DNA of 64,000 nucleotides from Lytechinus pictus (taxonomy: Eukaryota): assembly GCF_037042905.1 (NCBI RefSeq), contig NC_087252.1, forward strand, positions 1,366,001 through 1,430,000, given 5' to 3'. A program made the translations under genes and the position numbers. A model generated the notes under the pieces. It saw only the letters and a program-made list of their open reading frames with translations. It was not told the DNA's origin and searched no databases. Positions within the stretch are counted from its first letter, which is position 1, and each line of letters starts with the position of its first letter. This document shows positions 24,091-38,376 of this stretch, piece after piece.

Positions 24091-25463
24091 TCGGTCGCAA
24101 CAAAGGGGGCTGTGGACAGTTACCCCACCCCAGACATTTTGAAAACTTACAATTTTGACTGAAAATTTCCACAAAATTCACCAAAAAGGGTAATACAATG
24201 ACAATATCCTTCAATTATTTTAACTCTCTTTAAAAATGCAAAAGTGCCCCAATTCTTTGCTACCCCGCATATTAATTTTTTTTTTTTCTTCAAAGTTGTT
24301 AATGCGTCCCCTCCCCCCGGAGAAAAGTTCTGCTTACAGCCATGGGGGTATGGCAAGCAAGGAAAATGGTCTTTTGTTTTCTATGTATATGCTTATGGGT
24401 AATTATTCAAGTGAAACAAAACTAGAAGTTCTTGAGACAGGTAGTCTTGACTGCACGGGGGGGGGGGGGGGGGGGGCAAGAGCAGGTTGACTGTATAGAG
24501 ATGGGATTCAACTCTCTTTGAGCTTGCTCATATAAATTTGATTTATTCACAGAGGCCTTTGAATGGTTTAAAAGTATGGGTTAAGCCAAAAGGGAGGGGG
24601 AGGGTTTATTTTATGTTTTGTACACATTTATTGGAATAGTGGGGGTTGAATCCCCCCACCCCCCCCCCCCGAATTTCTTCAGCCTATTTTTCAATCATGG
24701 AGTGGACAATTAAAAGCCACATACTACAAATTAACAAAATTTGATTGATCATATTGGAGCGTCATTTTTTCTCCTTTTCTCCTCCTCCACCCCCTTGTCC
24801 TCCTCTCTCTCCCCCTCCTCTCTTCATCTCCCCCACTCTTCTCTTTCTCTCTCTCTCTTCCTCGCTTAATCTGAGCTATTTTCTCAAGATAATCACTCAC
24901 TATCATCCCCATTTATTCTCTTTTTTGCCCATCACATTGCTTGTGCTCACATTCATTTTTTTTCCAAAACATTGAATAATAGATTGTTAAATGGTGCAAT
25001 GTGACAATAACATGCCCCCCCCCCTGTTTAATGGACAGAACAATTTAGGTATGTGATGTGCAATCTAAAGTACACATTCAAAGACACTTGGATAAGTTAC
25101 AAAGTGTATGTTCTCTTGTGCAAAGGATTGTCAGAGAGAGACGGACAGAGCAAGAGAGTCATAAAGTAAATCACATCGCTGAAACTGAAGAGGTATTGAG
25201 GGAGAAAACTGAGAAAAAATGAAGAAAAAGAATACAAACAGAAAATGGGAAATTATAAGGAAAAAGGGGAGAAAAGAAATAGATTAAACAGTGGGTACGT
25301 AACATCATCTCCCACAGATCACACGTCTTGAGGAAACAAATGAAATTTCATTAAGCTCTTTTTCTACTTCAGATTAAAATGGATTTTTCAGTGTTATGTT
25401 CGACTCTCCTGTATTCATTCATATCAGCTTTTTGCTGGGGAGGGGGGGGGGGTGGATTTGACC

Positions 25464-26045
25464 TTAAAGGAAACCAAAACCCAAGAGAAGCAAACTTATT
25501 GGAAAGAGTAAAATGAGAGGAAAAAATCCAAACAAGTCTTATCAAAATCGGTTGTGAAATAAGGAAGTTATGGACGTTTGAAAGGTCTTGTTTTACTTTC
25601 TATGGGGATCCTCAAATTGGCAAACATGCTTCAAAATGGCTGATTTTGTGGACAACTCTCCATTTGTTTTGTACACAATTTTTCAGATTTTCCCCATTAT
25701 CTTAAAAATTGCATATTGCCTTATTCTGAGCATAATATATGTCATGGGAAAATATAATTCACTCCACATATGTCAAGGTCAGGAGGAATTGTTGTGAAAT
25801 ATGTAAAATAATGGGGGAAAATCTGAAAATTTGTGTACAAAACAAATGGAGGGTTGTCCACAAAAGCAATTTTGAAGCATGTTTGCCAGTTTGAGGATAC
25901 CCATAGGAAGTACAACAAGACTTTTTAAACGTCCATAACTTGCCTATTTCATAACCGATTTTGATGAAACTTGTTTTAAATTGCTCCTCTCATTTTACTC
26001 TTTCGAATAAGATTTCTTCCCTTCTTGGGTTTGGGTTTGCTTTAA
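25464..26045. mobile_element. Fold-back MITE with ~250-bp inverted arms and TTAA ends (Kolobok-like)
   Basis: ttaaaggaaaccaaaacccaag…cttgggtttgggtttgctttaa; arms stay complementary inward (tttgtggacaactctccatttgttttgtacaca / tgtgtacaaaacaaatggagggttgtccacaaa). Confidence 0.85.
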
Positions 26046-29000
26046 GTGCACAGTGCAACACCATATATACTGTATACAACAAAACACATGATACACCACA
26101 ATACAAGACTCACAGTAATGCATTTTCATATAGATATTTATATATACAAATATTTTTTTTTTATTTCAGCATTTGTGATCTAGAGAATTCAATAACAAAT
26201 ATATATCCATTTTACGCCTTATAAATAATGCATTATCAATATTTGGCTATCTTGAAAAAAAAAGAACAATTTTGCATTTTCGACCAGACGCGGCAATTGT
26301 GGAACAGACATGTCTCATAATACGATAAGTTATCTAGTTTTATATAGAAGACTTCACACAGTACTCAAACACAATTAAAAACATACATTTACCTTCATAA
26401 ATCACTGGAAATTGACATTTTAGGAAGAGGAAAGATGAAATCATTCGTATAATCAGGGACTACTAAAGCACAAGTGCATAAATACTAATTCACTGGGCAA
26501 ACACACACAGTGATGGAACAAAGTTTTTCATGAGTTTGGGGTTCATTCTTCAATATATTTTATACACCAGTAATCACAATGTGATTCTCATAAAAGAATT
26601 CCCCATGAAAACATGAAACCGCTACATGCTACCATATTCAGAAGTTGTGTCAGCGCAAGAATGCCATTAACACTATCGCGCATCGTATGCGCACAGAAAC
26701 ACCCTTAGCAGCATGCTTTAGTGCATTGCATAAGGGCATTTCTGCACCGATACGGTGAGCGAAAATGTTTTTGCTAAGGGCCTTCTTGCACCGACATGAA
26801 GAAGTGTAAAGACCGACTTCCAAGTGCAATAACAAGTGATATTGATCAGGGCCTGTACTACAAACAATAGCTATTGATCACAAGATTGATTATCATAATT
26901 GATTACATATAATAATCACTATAATCAAGATTATGATTAATCTATGTTGTGTGATACTTAGCCCTGACAGTGTTGAATGAATGAATGACATACATAGGAC
27001 TACACATACGGAATTGATAAATAGAGCATTGCCTTTTAAAAGTTCATTTTCAAACTGAGACATCTTTAACAACTACAATTTCCCCTGACAATAAGATCAC
27101 TACTATACAATGTTATGGCACCAAAATTTCCATCACACTTTCCCATATAAATAGGATAAAATAAAGATATACCCCTGACAAGAAGAAATATTATATGATA
27201 TTATCATTTATGTAATTATTATCAATTTCAAAATGAAGAAATACAAGTTCATTGCCTATGGTTTACAAAGGAATAATGGTACACAATCCAAAGCAGAAAC
27301 CATTTTTTTTTCTTTTTAGAATCATTTTAAGAAAGGCATCCAGTTTCAGTGAAAAGGAGAGCAATAATTTCAAAGGTTTATCTTTCCAGTATTATTTGAA
27401 AAAAAAACATCAATTTAGGTATTTTTCAATTAGGACATCGGCATTTCATCAACATTTTCCTTCTGACAACTTTCCTTGATTTCGATTGGCTGAGGAGCAA
27501 TGTTACCATGGTAACTGTCGGATAAAATGCCTGACTTTCATGAAATGCTCAACAGATGTTCATTGCTAGATTCAGAACAGATATATGAATTGAACTCCTG
27601 GTTCTAGATCAACATAATGATTACGCTTTAATAGGTTATGAATACGATCCTGGTATATATTCTTATCATTAGGGGGTGGGGTAGGGTGGGGCAGGGCAGT
27701 GGGAGGGGATATAATGGTTCAAAAGCAACATGCAAAAACAATTTTTGCTGTAAAGGGGGTAAAAAAGAGAGAGCGGTTTTCCCTTATTACAAGCCCATTT
27801 CAATGGCAAATAATTTTCTGATACTCTGTAAAACAAACCTGACACAGTATTCACCACTGAAACAAATATGTTTACAGCATGGCCACAAACACATCTCTTT
27901 TCCAATAAAATTACAATCCTAACCTTATAATTCATAATATATGTCCAGATGTTATGATAAAAGGGTAATGCACATGGGCCTATGATAGGACTCATTGGAA
28001 TTCAGTTTGCCTTTTAAGGTGAATGGGGATGAAACTACATGTAGTATAAGAGGGGAAAAGAGTACAATGTACACAGCATATCTTCAACCCTTAATAAAGG
28101 CAAAAGATGGAAATTACTACATTTAAGTAAATCTTTACAGTACACAAAGGTAAATAAAGCATTATTCATTCAATTATTTATACTATTTTTTTTTTTCAAA
28201 TTCACATGCTGTTCTTTGGTAATTTGAGTACCCACTGTATATGACCATGTACATAATATCTTGGCTAGTTTTCAATTCTATTAAAATCAATTAAAAAATA
28301 CTTCTAACTTTCTATGAGATTATCAAATTTGTTTATATTTGGTATTAAGTTCAAAGTCAATAATTCATATTTATTGGAGGGGGCAGGACCTATCACATGA
28401 TAAAACAAAGTTCAACAGGTAGTGCAGAAAAGAACACATGTGCATATTGAACCAAAGAGTGGCATTAATTAACAATAATCCATAAAATCATTTGTGGATC
28501 AGAAATACATGCATCTGATAGGTTAAACACACAGTTGTGACTGGTTTCAAGTTGGTTTGATTGCAACTTGCTACAATCAATCTGTTTGCTAGACATGCTT
28601 GCCAATTTAAATTGATGAAAAGGTAAGAAAATAATGTAAGCCCTTTCGCACACAAAAATAAGATGGTTTTGTACGACTGGAATTATATTGCAAACATTGG
28701 AATTATCACCTTTGTCTGAATAGAGGTATCCTTACAAGACTATTTTTTTTTTAAATATCTATCTCCCTGTATAGGGTGTTTTTAAACATATACCATCTTC
28801 ACCAATTATCCATGTAAAATAAGGTCGATATTCAATATAATCCTGTTCCAACGAGGTAATAGTGAACCTTACCAATGGTTTATGGATAAAACTGTCACAT
28901 TGTTTAAAGTGGATAAATGTAAGCATTTTCTGTCAGAATCCAATTTGCATAAAATGGTTGCTATATTGGCAAGCACTGGCATGCTCGTAGATTATGGATA

Positions 29001-29189
29001 ATGTTTGTTCAAAATGTACACAGACAAGTTAACAGGTTTATGACATAGGCATTCAATGGAGAAGAGTGTTCAAACCAGAAAATACTGATTTTAAGTTTGG
29101 TGTTGGTGCCACGAACACAAAATAAGGGAGGTGCATGAAATCTCAACCAAAATTGTGTTTGACAAAAAAAATGACACCATTCATGTTAA

Positions 29190-29622
29190 TCAACAGCTCA
29201 ACACTGAGTGATATAAACACCGTGATCAGTCCAAGATTGGTGTTATGAATGGTGTTTGCATTTCCTTCACACCCACTTTGTGTTCAGCAAAATGGCACCA
29301 CTCGTGTATTAACAGCTCAACACCGAGTAATGGTAATATAAACACCCAAATTATTCCAAGTTTGGTGTTATGTGTGGTGTTTGCATTTCCTTCACACCCA
29401 GTTTGCATTTAGAAAACCGCACCACTCATGTATTGACAGCTCAACACTGAGTAATGGTAATATAAACACCCAAATTATTCCAAGTTTGGTGTTATGTGTG
29501 GTGTTTGCATTTCCTTCACACCCAGTTTGCATTTAGAAAACCGCACCACTCATGTATTGACAGCTAAACACTGAGTTATGGTAATAAAAACACCCAAAGT
29601 ATTCCAAGTCTGGTGTTATGTA
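29190..29622. repeat. Tandem repeat, ~124-bp unit, ~3.5 copies
   Basis: acagct(c/a)aacac at 29312, 29436, 29560. Confidence 0.85.
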
Positions 29623-30857
29623 CAGTAATTGCTTTTCCCTAATACCATTATCAATACCAACTTTTAACACTAGTCTCCAACACTGAAATTAAAATAATGA
29701 AGTGTACATTGAATATGAGAAGTACAAGGTGTGCAATAATTAAAAGGACATTGCTTTTTAAGAGACCATCTCATGTTGTGCGAAGAAAATGAAAAATGAA
29801 ATAACAAAAACCGCAATTAGAGTTTACTTCCACTAATGCTCATTGTAGGACTCATTCTTTCCAACAATAATTCAAGTTAAGCGAGGAATATCAAACAAAA
29901 TAACAAAAACAATTCTTGAATTTACTTCCACAAAATATCATAGGAGGCTCGTATTCATCCCCGCATTTATTCAACCATCACTACAAATATTTTTAATTGA
30001 AATAAACAATTAACCAAGGTCACAAATATATATATTATATATAGCTTTGTATTTATACAATTTAATGAATTCATCATGATCGAATGGGAAGTCGTTAAGA
30101 CTTTTCACAAATATGGCATCTTGACAAACAGACATTGAGATATTACATCACAGATCAATATAACTAATATAAGATAAAGAACTCAGAATTTTACCACAAA
30201 CAAGAACATGTGATTTGATTGCAGATAGAAATTACAGAAGTAGCTACTATGTGGACAAGGTTTAACTATGTTTTGTTTCAGGACACATAAGCTTGTTATT
30301 TCCAAAATGAAACAAGGTTCAATATTTCACATGTTAGTTAATCTGAAAATGAAAACAAAGTCTGATAGTCAAGAAGTGAAGTGAGGTTTGTACTGCTCTA
30401 TTTATTTCTGTATTAACAAACTTTATTTCATGTTTGGACTATCAAAACTTTGGAAGAACTGACCTTTCTTTTTAAATTTTCGAACTAACAAACTCAATTC
30501 ACTTTTAAGACCAACAAACTTTTGGAACAAGGCCACAAATGCTCAGATGATCGAACCCTTTTTCATTATCGGAATAATAAACATCTTGGTACATGTATAT
30601 GTATATAATTTGCTCGTATCAAAACAACATACCTTTGGAATAACAAGCGTAACCCATTTCTCCTAATAAAGATAATAAAGTGTCTCGCAAAGGAGATATA
30701 CTCCCTCTTTGGCCATGATAGCATGGTACACATTTACATGGTCTGTTTGCCAATTTGGAGAACCCTATTCCTCCTCATGTATTCTGCCTCTCCCAATAAA
30801 ACTGAAAAGAAGTATTTGCCACATCTCAAAGCACCAATCCCACTTTAAAGACAATAT

Positions 30858-31171
30858 GGACTGTATTCTGAGGTCAGGTTTAACTTAGACCATGGTCTAA
30901 CTCTGTGCTAAAATTATGGGAAGCCAAAAGTGTCAACATTTTTATTAAGTTTTATGTTTGTTACGTTTACTGTGCTCATTCCTGATTCATCGATGATGAT
31001 GATGACAATCATCTATTTAAACTTCCTAGACAATTATGAATGATTTGAGAGCCAAATGAGCTGAAATATGATATCTATACTGTTAGTGATTTATGTAACA
31101 ATTGGCTATCCATACTTATACCACAACTTTAAACCTGAGTTTTAGTTAAACCCGACTTCAGAATACGGGCC
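30858..31171. mobile_element. ~310-bp Harbinger-like MITE (same family)
   Basis: TIR ggactgtattctgaggtc / gacttcagaatacgggcc; TAT TSD. Confidence 0.85.
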
Positions 31172-31544
31172 TATGCATCTTTTCATTACTGCTTCCCTGC
31201 ATCACCCATTATTTTGTCTATGATGAAATCAATCAAACGATTGGTAATGAAAAGTGGTTTGTGGGATTCCTGTGGGGACAGCCACGGCCATGCCTTTTGA
31301 CAAGGTGCCTAAATCCCCTTGTTGGCTAATGATGCAGTCTATTTGTAAACACCACATGCAAGCTTTACAGAACTAGGGTATAGCCTGGATTCAACAGGAT
31401 CACTGGTGGTGGAGTCACTGCTTTCTGTTTAATATCAAGAGATGCATTGCGTGAGGGTAACCTTGCTTGGCGGCAGAGGTGACAGAAGACAAATCCAAGG
31501 GTGCACAGAGGAAAAGGACGGAGTAGTAGATTTAGACTGAAGCA

Positions 31545-32160
31545 GTGGGAGAGAGAGGTAAAGGGGGAAGGAGAGGGGGAGAAGGAGAGGGGAAGGGATG
31601 GGAAGGGGGAGGAGAGAGGGGAAGAGAGGGGAGGGGTAGGGGAAGGGATGGGAGGGGTAGGGGAGGGAAGGGAGGGATAGGGGGAGGGAAGGGAGGGGTA
31701 GTGTGAGAAGGAGGACTTGGTCATGAATGGAGGGAAGTTGGGGTCATTCTTAATTCAGAAAATTCTCAAACAAGTCATAATGAATCATGCAGCAAATCAC
31801 AAGCAATACAATGACAAATTACTTATAGGAAAATGACACATGCAACTTACACAGTGAACACATCGTAGAGAGGGAGGGGACAGAAATGAGAGTAAGAGAG
31901 GAGAAGATGAAGAAGTGGAGAGGGAAGGATAGAGGCGAGGAGAGAGAGAATACAAGGAAGAGAGAAACGGGAAAAAAAAAAAAGGGAAGAGAGATAAGAA
32001 ATCGAGATGGACAGAGAGAGAGAGGCAGAACAAATGTTTAAGAGAAAGCTGAGAGAGGCAGAGAGGAAGAGAGACAGGGGGGAAATCAAGAGAAAGGAAG
32101 AGAGAGAGAGAGAGAGAGGGAAATCAAGAGAGAGGAAGAGAGAGAGATGGAGCGTCGGTA
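31545..32160. repeat. Polypurine (GA/GGGA) low-complexity tracts
   Basis: Long G/A-only runs at 31545-31710 and 31867-32150. Confidence 0.85.
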
Positions 32161-33671
32161 AAAGAGATGGTGAAAACAGCAAAAAATATATTCCAATAAA
32201 CAAAACTAAAGGCTGATTCAAAAACACTAAAACGTTACAAGCTTCATACATGTGTGGTCAGTTCATCTTTCTCACAGAAATGTCATCGAAATATAACATT
32301 CAAATAATTTAAATTTTATGATATCTAACCTTGCAGCAATTATCAAGCATTACACATTATCTTGTGTCAGAGTCACAAAGATGTTGTATGCACATTCTTA
32401 AGAATACCCATACCAATGCAATAATGTGCATATTTACAAGTGCAACATGACATTATTATCCCAATCTCCTTGGGCCGGATTCAATGAACTAGTTGTAATA
32501 ACAAATTTGTAATAACAGTTTTAAGCTACTGAAATCATTCAATTTGATTGGCTGATAGTAAACTTGTTATAGAAACAAGTGTTCGTGAAGCGGAACCCTT
32601 GATCAAGATAGTGATGGTTTTTTTTTTAAAGAATGTTGGGCAAAAACCTTGTACTTGAAGCCATTTAATACAGCTGTCGGTAAAACCCAGCACACACTAT
32701 GTGATGCGTATTCGCCAAGATCCGATTGCAACAAAATCGCAGAGTGTGCCCCAACCTTCAACGCGCTGCAACTGTGATCCGGGGGCCGTTTCATAAAGAT
32801 GTTCTTAAGTTCTTAAAGTCGCTCTTAACTTACGAACAGCTTTATGAAACACCCACCCGATCTGTTGCAGAAGAATAACAGACCCAATCTCAGGCATTAG
32901 AAATGTCAAATCTTCCTGTGATTTGATTATTTCAGCCATTCAGATTTGTCCTAGACGATGATGTCACAACCAATATGCTGAGCTGCTGCAGGGCAGGTGA
33001 CGCTTGAAGGAGGAGGTGCCACAGAGATGTGACAAGTTGAAGAGCTGTTGCAATGTGTGCGCAGGAAAGAGGTGCCATGAAGCGCTGGCCTGCGATTCAT
33101 CGGATTTAAATGTGATCGCATCTCACAGTGTGCGCTGGGCTTACGTTACTCAAGATTATATTAAAATTCCAAATTCAATAATTTGATAAGAAACTCCCCA
33201 ACACTTTTTTTCTTCAAAGCGATTCAATCAACAAGCGAGATTAAACTTAACCATCATCAAAATTGCATAATTCTTTTGGAAAATACAGCTTTACGAATAA
33301 AATCTCATTTAATACTAATTACACATAATCTACTCAGCTGCCTAATGATGTCTTTCATTATTTCAATGGAGATATACCTCAGCATGTAAGTTCCTATAAA
33401 TTAATTTAACCTTCTTACAACAATAATAATACCTTCATACATGTATTGAAGGCTCCTTCAGAAATGGCGTGAAAGCTCAGTAAAATTTTGTGTACAAAAT
33501 CAATGGGAGAAAAGGCATCCATAAATGAGTATATGAATATAAGAATGACCCCAAGTCCAAAGGGCCCATTTCATAAACCTTGTTGTAATATACCTAATCT
33601 GCAATAATACTTTAAAGCTATTGAAATCTTTCAATTTGATTGGTTGATGGTTATCTTTCTATAGAAACTAA

Positions 33672-33980
33672 GGCCCGTATTCTGAAGTCAGGTTTAACTT
33701 AGACCATGGTCTAACTCTGTGCTAAAATTATGGGAAGCCAAAAGTGTCAAAATTTTTATTAAGTTGTACGTTTCTTATATTTACTGGGCTCTTTCCTGAT
33801 TCATCGATGGTGCAGACAATCATCTATTTATACTTCCTAGACAATTATGAATGATTTGAAAGCCAAATGAGCTGAAATATGATATCTCTACTGTTAGTGA
33901 TATGTAACAATTGGCTAACCATACTTAAACCACAACTTTAAACCTGAGTTTAAGTTAAACCCAACTTCAGAATACAGGCC
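33672..33980. mobile_element. ~310-bp Harbinger-like MITE nested in a ~150-bp GGGCCC/CCAAT MITE (33562-34002)
   Basis: TIR ggcccgtattctgaagt / acttcagaatacaggcc; TAA TSD; host element halves on both sides. Confidence 0.85.
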
Positions 33981-34674
33981 TAAGTCTTTATAAACAGGGC
34001 CCATCTCTTGGCTAATATGGGCCATTCATGGGAAATAGTTACTTATACATGCATCTATCTTGCATGTTATTTATATCCCACAATTCCACCAAAAAGTGAC
34101 CAAAAATGAATGAAAAACTGGCCAAAGTCCCCAATGGACGTACACAAAATCCTTGTTCTGTTTTTTTCTTATTTATTTAAAATGACCTACCATAGACTTT
34201 GGTAATAGATCATATTATATCCATACACTCAAATGACTTCTGCCTGATTTTTTTGTCGGAAGGCAACAAAAAGCTGTCGTTTGATCAGATTCTAGATAAA
34301 AGTTGGCATGAAATGAACCTTGTGAATAGTTTAAAAAGTTTCGGCACATGTATGTAAAATTTCAGGACATCACAACGATTGCCTTTACCATTATGAATGA
34401 AAACATTGTGATGTCATGGGTCCATACATGCAACTTCAGACAAAGTGTGTTTTTCAGACTACAGTTTCTTGATTTCAAACTTTCCTTGACTCCAGACTAC
34501 CCTTAAGCTCAACACTTTATTTTTTTGGGGGGTGTACCAGATTATCTTTCTTAATACATCATTTGCTTATCCAGGGTTAATGCCTTAACCCCTGACTATC
34601 GCACAGCTCATGAATATTGATGATTATGGAGTCTTAGCCCACCTGTTCACTGGGATAACGCAACATTTGCTACT

Positions 34675-34862
34675 GCGACAATTGCTCCGGGCTTTATTTC
34701 ATCTAAGATATGGTAAGGGTTGCAAAAGGGTTTTATGTTAGGTTTAGGGTAAGGTCTAGGATAGGCTGGGTATAGTGTTAAATCCACGGTTGAAGTTGGT
34801 CATCCCATTAGTGTGTGGAATTTAGAGCAGAGCAATTGTCGACAGATTTAATGTCATGGAAC
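34675..34862. mobile_element. Small MITE with TTAGGG-like interior (second copy ~59720-59903)
   Basis: gcgacaattgctcc / gagcaattgtcg inverted ends; ggtttagggt-type degenerate repeats. Confidence 0.65.
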
Positions 34863-37329
34863 CATTTCTTGGGGCTAATGATGTTTGTAGTCTGAAAAAG
34901 CATATAACGGAACTTGAAGCATGGATGTGTGTTGATTCCCACAAGTGATGCATTTTGTCACAGCGTTTACAAACAGTAATCAAAATAGTACTGAGCTCTA
35001 GCTCACCATATCTGAATGAGGATAAGAAGGCTTGCATATACCACCCTCTATCAGAACCCTCTGAGAAAATGCGTAGGAAGATACAAACAACTCCCTCTCC
35101 CTAAAAATATATAAAATTAGGTAAAAATGCTCAAAAGACAACCCCATAGACTATTCATAAAAGAGACATTTGTCTAAAATATACAGTTTCCTAAATCACT
35201 TTGACCTGTTTAAACCTGTTAACCTGTCACCAATTGCCATTGAAAATTATTGGCTTGCCAAATATAATAAAAAGTAAAGTGGATAAAAATGTTCACATTG
35301 ACAATGAGAGACAAAACATCTACATGTACAAGAACATTCATTCATTCTTACACTGTATAAGCGAGATATTGATCTCATTTCTGTCTAAAAATTTGGACTT
35401 GTTGAAACTCTTTCCCCAAACCCAAAATGTCATATTCACTCTGATACACAATAGGGGTGCATGCTATTAAAATAAAACCCTGTTACTCAAATATAAAGTA
35501 ATAATTTACATTGTATATAATATAGCATGCAAGCCTGTTCAATGATTTTTCACATAAATATATAGATATTATAATTATCGACATAAAACGTGATTCAAAT
35601 TTACTATCAAGGTGTTTTATAAAAAATACTATTTAATTTTTCTACATTCGTACATGTAATAGCATAAATTATACTTCCATGATTTCTTCATACACAAGGT
35701 TTTAAAAATACAAGTGCTCACATTATATCTTTTATGAAAAATTCATTTTTGGTGTCAAAAAGGGCAGTTATTCAAATATACTTCAGAAAATTTCAACGAA
35801 GACATCAAATCTTAGGAGTAAAAGTTTAGGCCCATATGTTATGCCTCTCACAGTAGACTATTTTCATAAAGTATTGATATTCAATTGAAGAGTAAATACC
35901 TAAAGAGCTTTAACTTTCTAAAGGAATCTTAAATGGCAAACATTGAGCATTGCTAGGTTGGGCAAACACTTTAACTTGATCAATCCCACAACGCATGATG
36001 CATGCAATTTGCACTTTATAAAATACTATCTCTTATACTCAGATCATCATTTCAATTACTTCACAAAGACTTTTGATTTAAGTCTGAATACTTCATGAAC
36101 AAGGGGTATTGCATTTGATCAGAAGATCATTTTTTGAGCAAAGGGGGGGGGGATTAATACTAACTTTCAGTAGGTCAAGAAACAATTCAATATGACCTTA
36201 ATGGTTTTATGAGTGTGATGAAAGGAAGCTTTCACAAATTTTAGGCTAATACCCATAACTTAAATTTGGATTAATGATGATGGGAATTACAACAAACATT
36301 TCAAGTAGCCATTCCATTATCATTTCTGTTATTGAAATAGCAGTGATGTTTGCCCTTCATTATACATGGATATCAAGAGAAAAGTGGAGACGTTGCAAAA
36401 AAGAATACATAGCTACTGCGAGAATAATACTTGGATGAACATTTCTTAGGATGAAGATAGCACTGTTAATACATTGATTCATGGAAAGTTGAAAACAGAC
36501 CCCAGTTCTTTATATAATGATGATGATTCTGAAATTTGACTATTCCAGGAAGTACTTCCGGGATCACTGTGGAACACTTGGGGCACACCAACAAAACAGC
36601 CCCGAGTCAACCAACAGAGATAACACAATGGCTTATATTATTCTAAACTCAAGGTTGAAACTCTGGACCCCGAAACACAAAGCTTAGCGATGAATAGTGA
36701 ATATGACAGAACACTTCTAATTGGTTCCTGGTCAGTACTCTTAGCCAGATGCGCATGTAAAATTTATCTTGATTGGTCAGTTCATTTTGCGATTGATCGC
36801 TTATCGTCGTGTTACGGAGCCCTGGTCTAATTGTGTGGTTTTACTATGGAAAGCCAATCATGACATAAATCCCTAACAAGAGAAGTTCGATTTATCAGCT
36901 GTTTTGACATTCAAATCAATCAGAACTGTCTGGGAATGATAAATAAGACAGTTGACTTTATCATTAAAGCATGAGTAAAGAGTTCAGTCAACATATGAAA
37001 TATACAATGTAAACAGAATTTGACATTTTTGGCTTTCCATAATATAAGCACAGAGTTAGACCATGGCCAAAGTTAAACCAGACATCAGAATACGGGCCAT
37101 TAGCTTTAGTTGGTCTGGAGTTGGTTTTGCTGGTGTGTCTGTACTACATACTTGCATAGGGCCAAAGGGGCGATCATACATCGCAGGCTTAGATGGCGAT
37201 TCAGGGCAGTTTACCACCAAAATTGGAGGCAATCAGGGCCCTTTATCACAGTATTTGGGCAATTCGTTTCTTATTATTTGTTAGGCAAGCACAGAAATAA
37301 AGGGCTCTGAATGCATCCAACTTCAATAG

Positions 37330-37610
37330 TTAACCCATTGCCAACTAAAACAGGGTATCCCTGTACAAAGCCTATGGGAATTACAGAATTCATACGTCAA
37401 CAGGTTAACCCATTGCCTACTGGAACCAGGTGATCCCTGTACATAGCCTATAGGAATTACAGAATTCAGCAGTCAATGCCAATACCCATTCTTAGCCTAC
37501 TGAAACGAGGTTTCTGTACAAACCCAATGGGAATTGCAGAATTCCCTATTGATTAATGGAAGTGGGTGGTCCCTCTACAAAGCCTATAGAATTACAGAAT
37601 TTAGTAGCCA
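37330..37610. repeat. Degenerate ~70-bp tandem repeat (~4 copies) just downstream of the SIK3 stop
   Basis: Recurrent aacccattgcc…tacaaagcctatgggaattacagaattc motifs. Confidence 0.7.
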
Positions 37611-37810
37611 CCATGGTAAGCACTTCTTGATGCAATGTATGTTTTCCATGTTAAGAGAAATCATCACTTGATTTCTGACATCTGCAACATTTATCTCACT
37701 CACAAATAAAATCACTTGGACATAAGCTTGTGCCTTCCTCCGATTAACATCAAACTGGAAACACTATCTCCTCCCCATTTGTGCTTTCGAAACAGGAAAA
37801 GATGCCTACG

Positions 37811-38376
37811 CTAGAGCTTCATTGTTTGAAGAATTTCGCTACATAATTCCTTATACTGACTGGCATCTCCTGCTATTTTCCGTAATTTGAGACCGTTAAG
37901 CGCGAGACCCGGAACCCGACACACTTCCATTTCCATCTCCACACCGTTCTGTTGCAACTCAAACATATTTTCGTTGTTCGTGTAAACTAATTCGGGGTGC
38001 CTGCGATCCAACGTCCTTCGGATTTCGTTGACTATTTCATTAAGTTCTTTACACGTTGTCATACTGAATGATTTCGCATGCTTTATCGGCGACGGTTCGC
38101 TCGCGAGGTCCGACGAGTCGCTCAACGAGATACAACTCATGTTCATACTCTGCCTGATCAACGGCGGAACGCCGCCCTCATAGTCGAGTTTGACGAGACC
38201 GACAGTCATGCCTGAGTTATTATTGTTCGCCATGTTGAATATATCACCCGAAGGGACACGAAAGGTTCTTTGTAAGAGCTGGGTCTGGACATGCCCTGTT
38301 GTTGCATGAGCTGAGTGGTGACGCTGGTGATTGCGTAGTTGACCCTGACTCCCCCGGAAGCCCAAATGGAAGAGTC
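37811..38376 (-). CDS. SIK3: SIK3-like kinase terminal exon encoding a KA1-like domain
   Basis: Long CT tract and ttAG acceptor at 38378-38377; phase 1 fits the previous exon; ends MEMEVCRVPGLALNGLKLRKIAGDASQYKELCSEILQTMKL-stop. Confidence 0.82.

Noticed and set aside
31365..32251. ORFs rich in S/P/L or R/E
   Set aside because: Translations of GA/CT low-complexity tracts with no splice or homology support.
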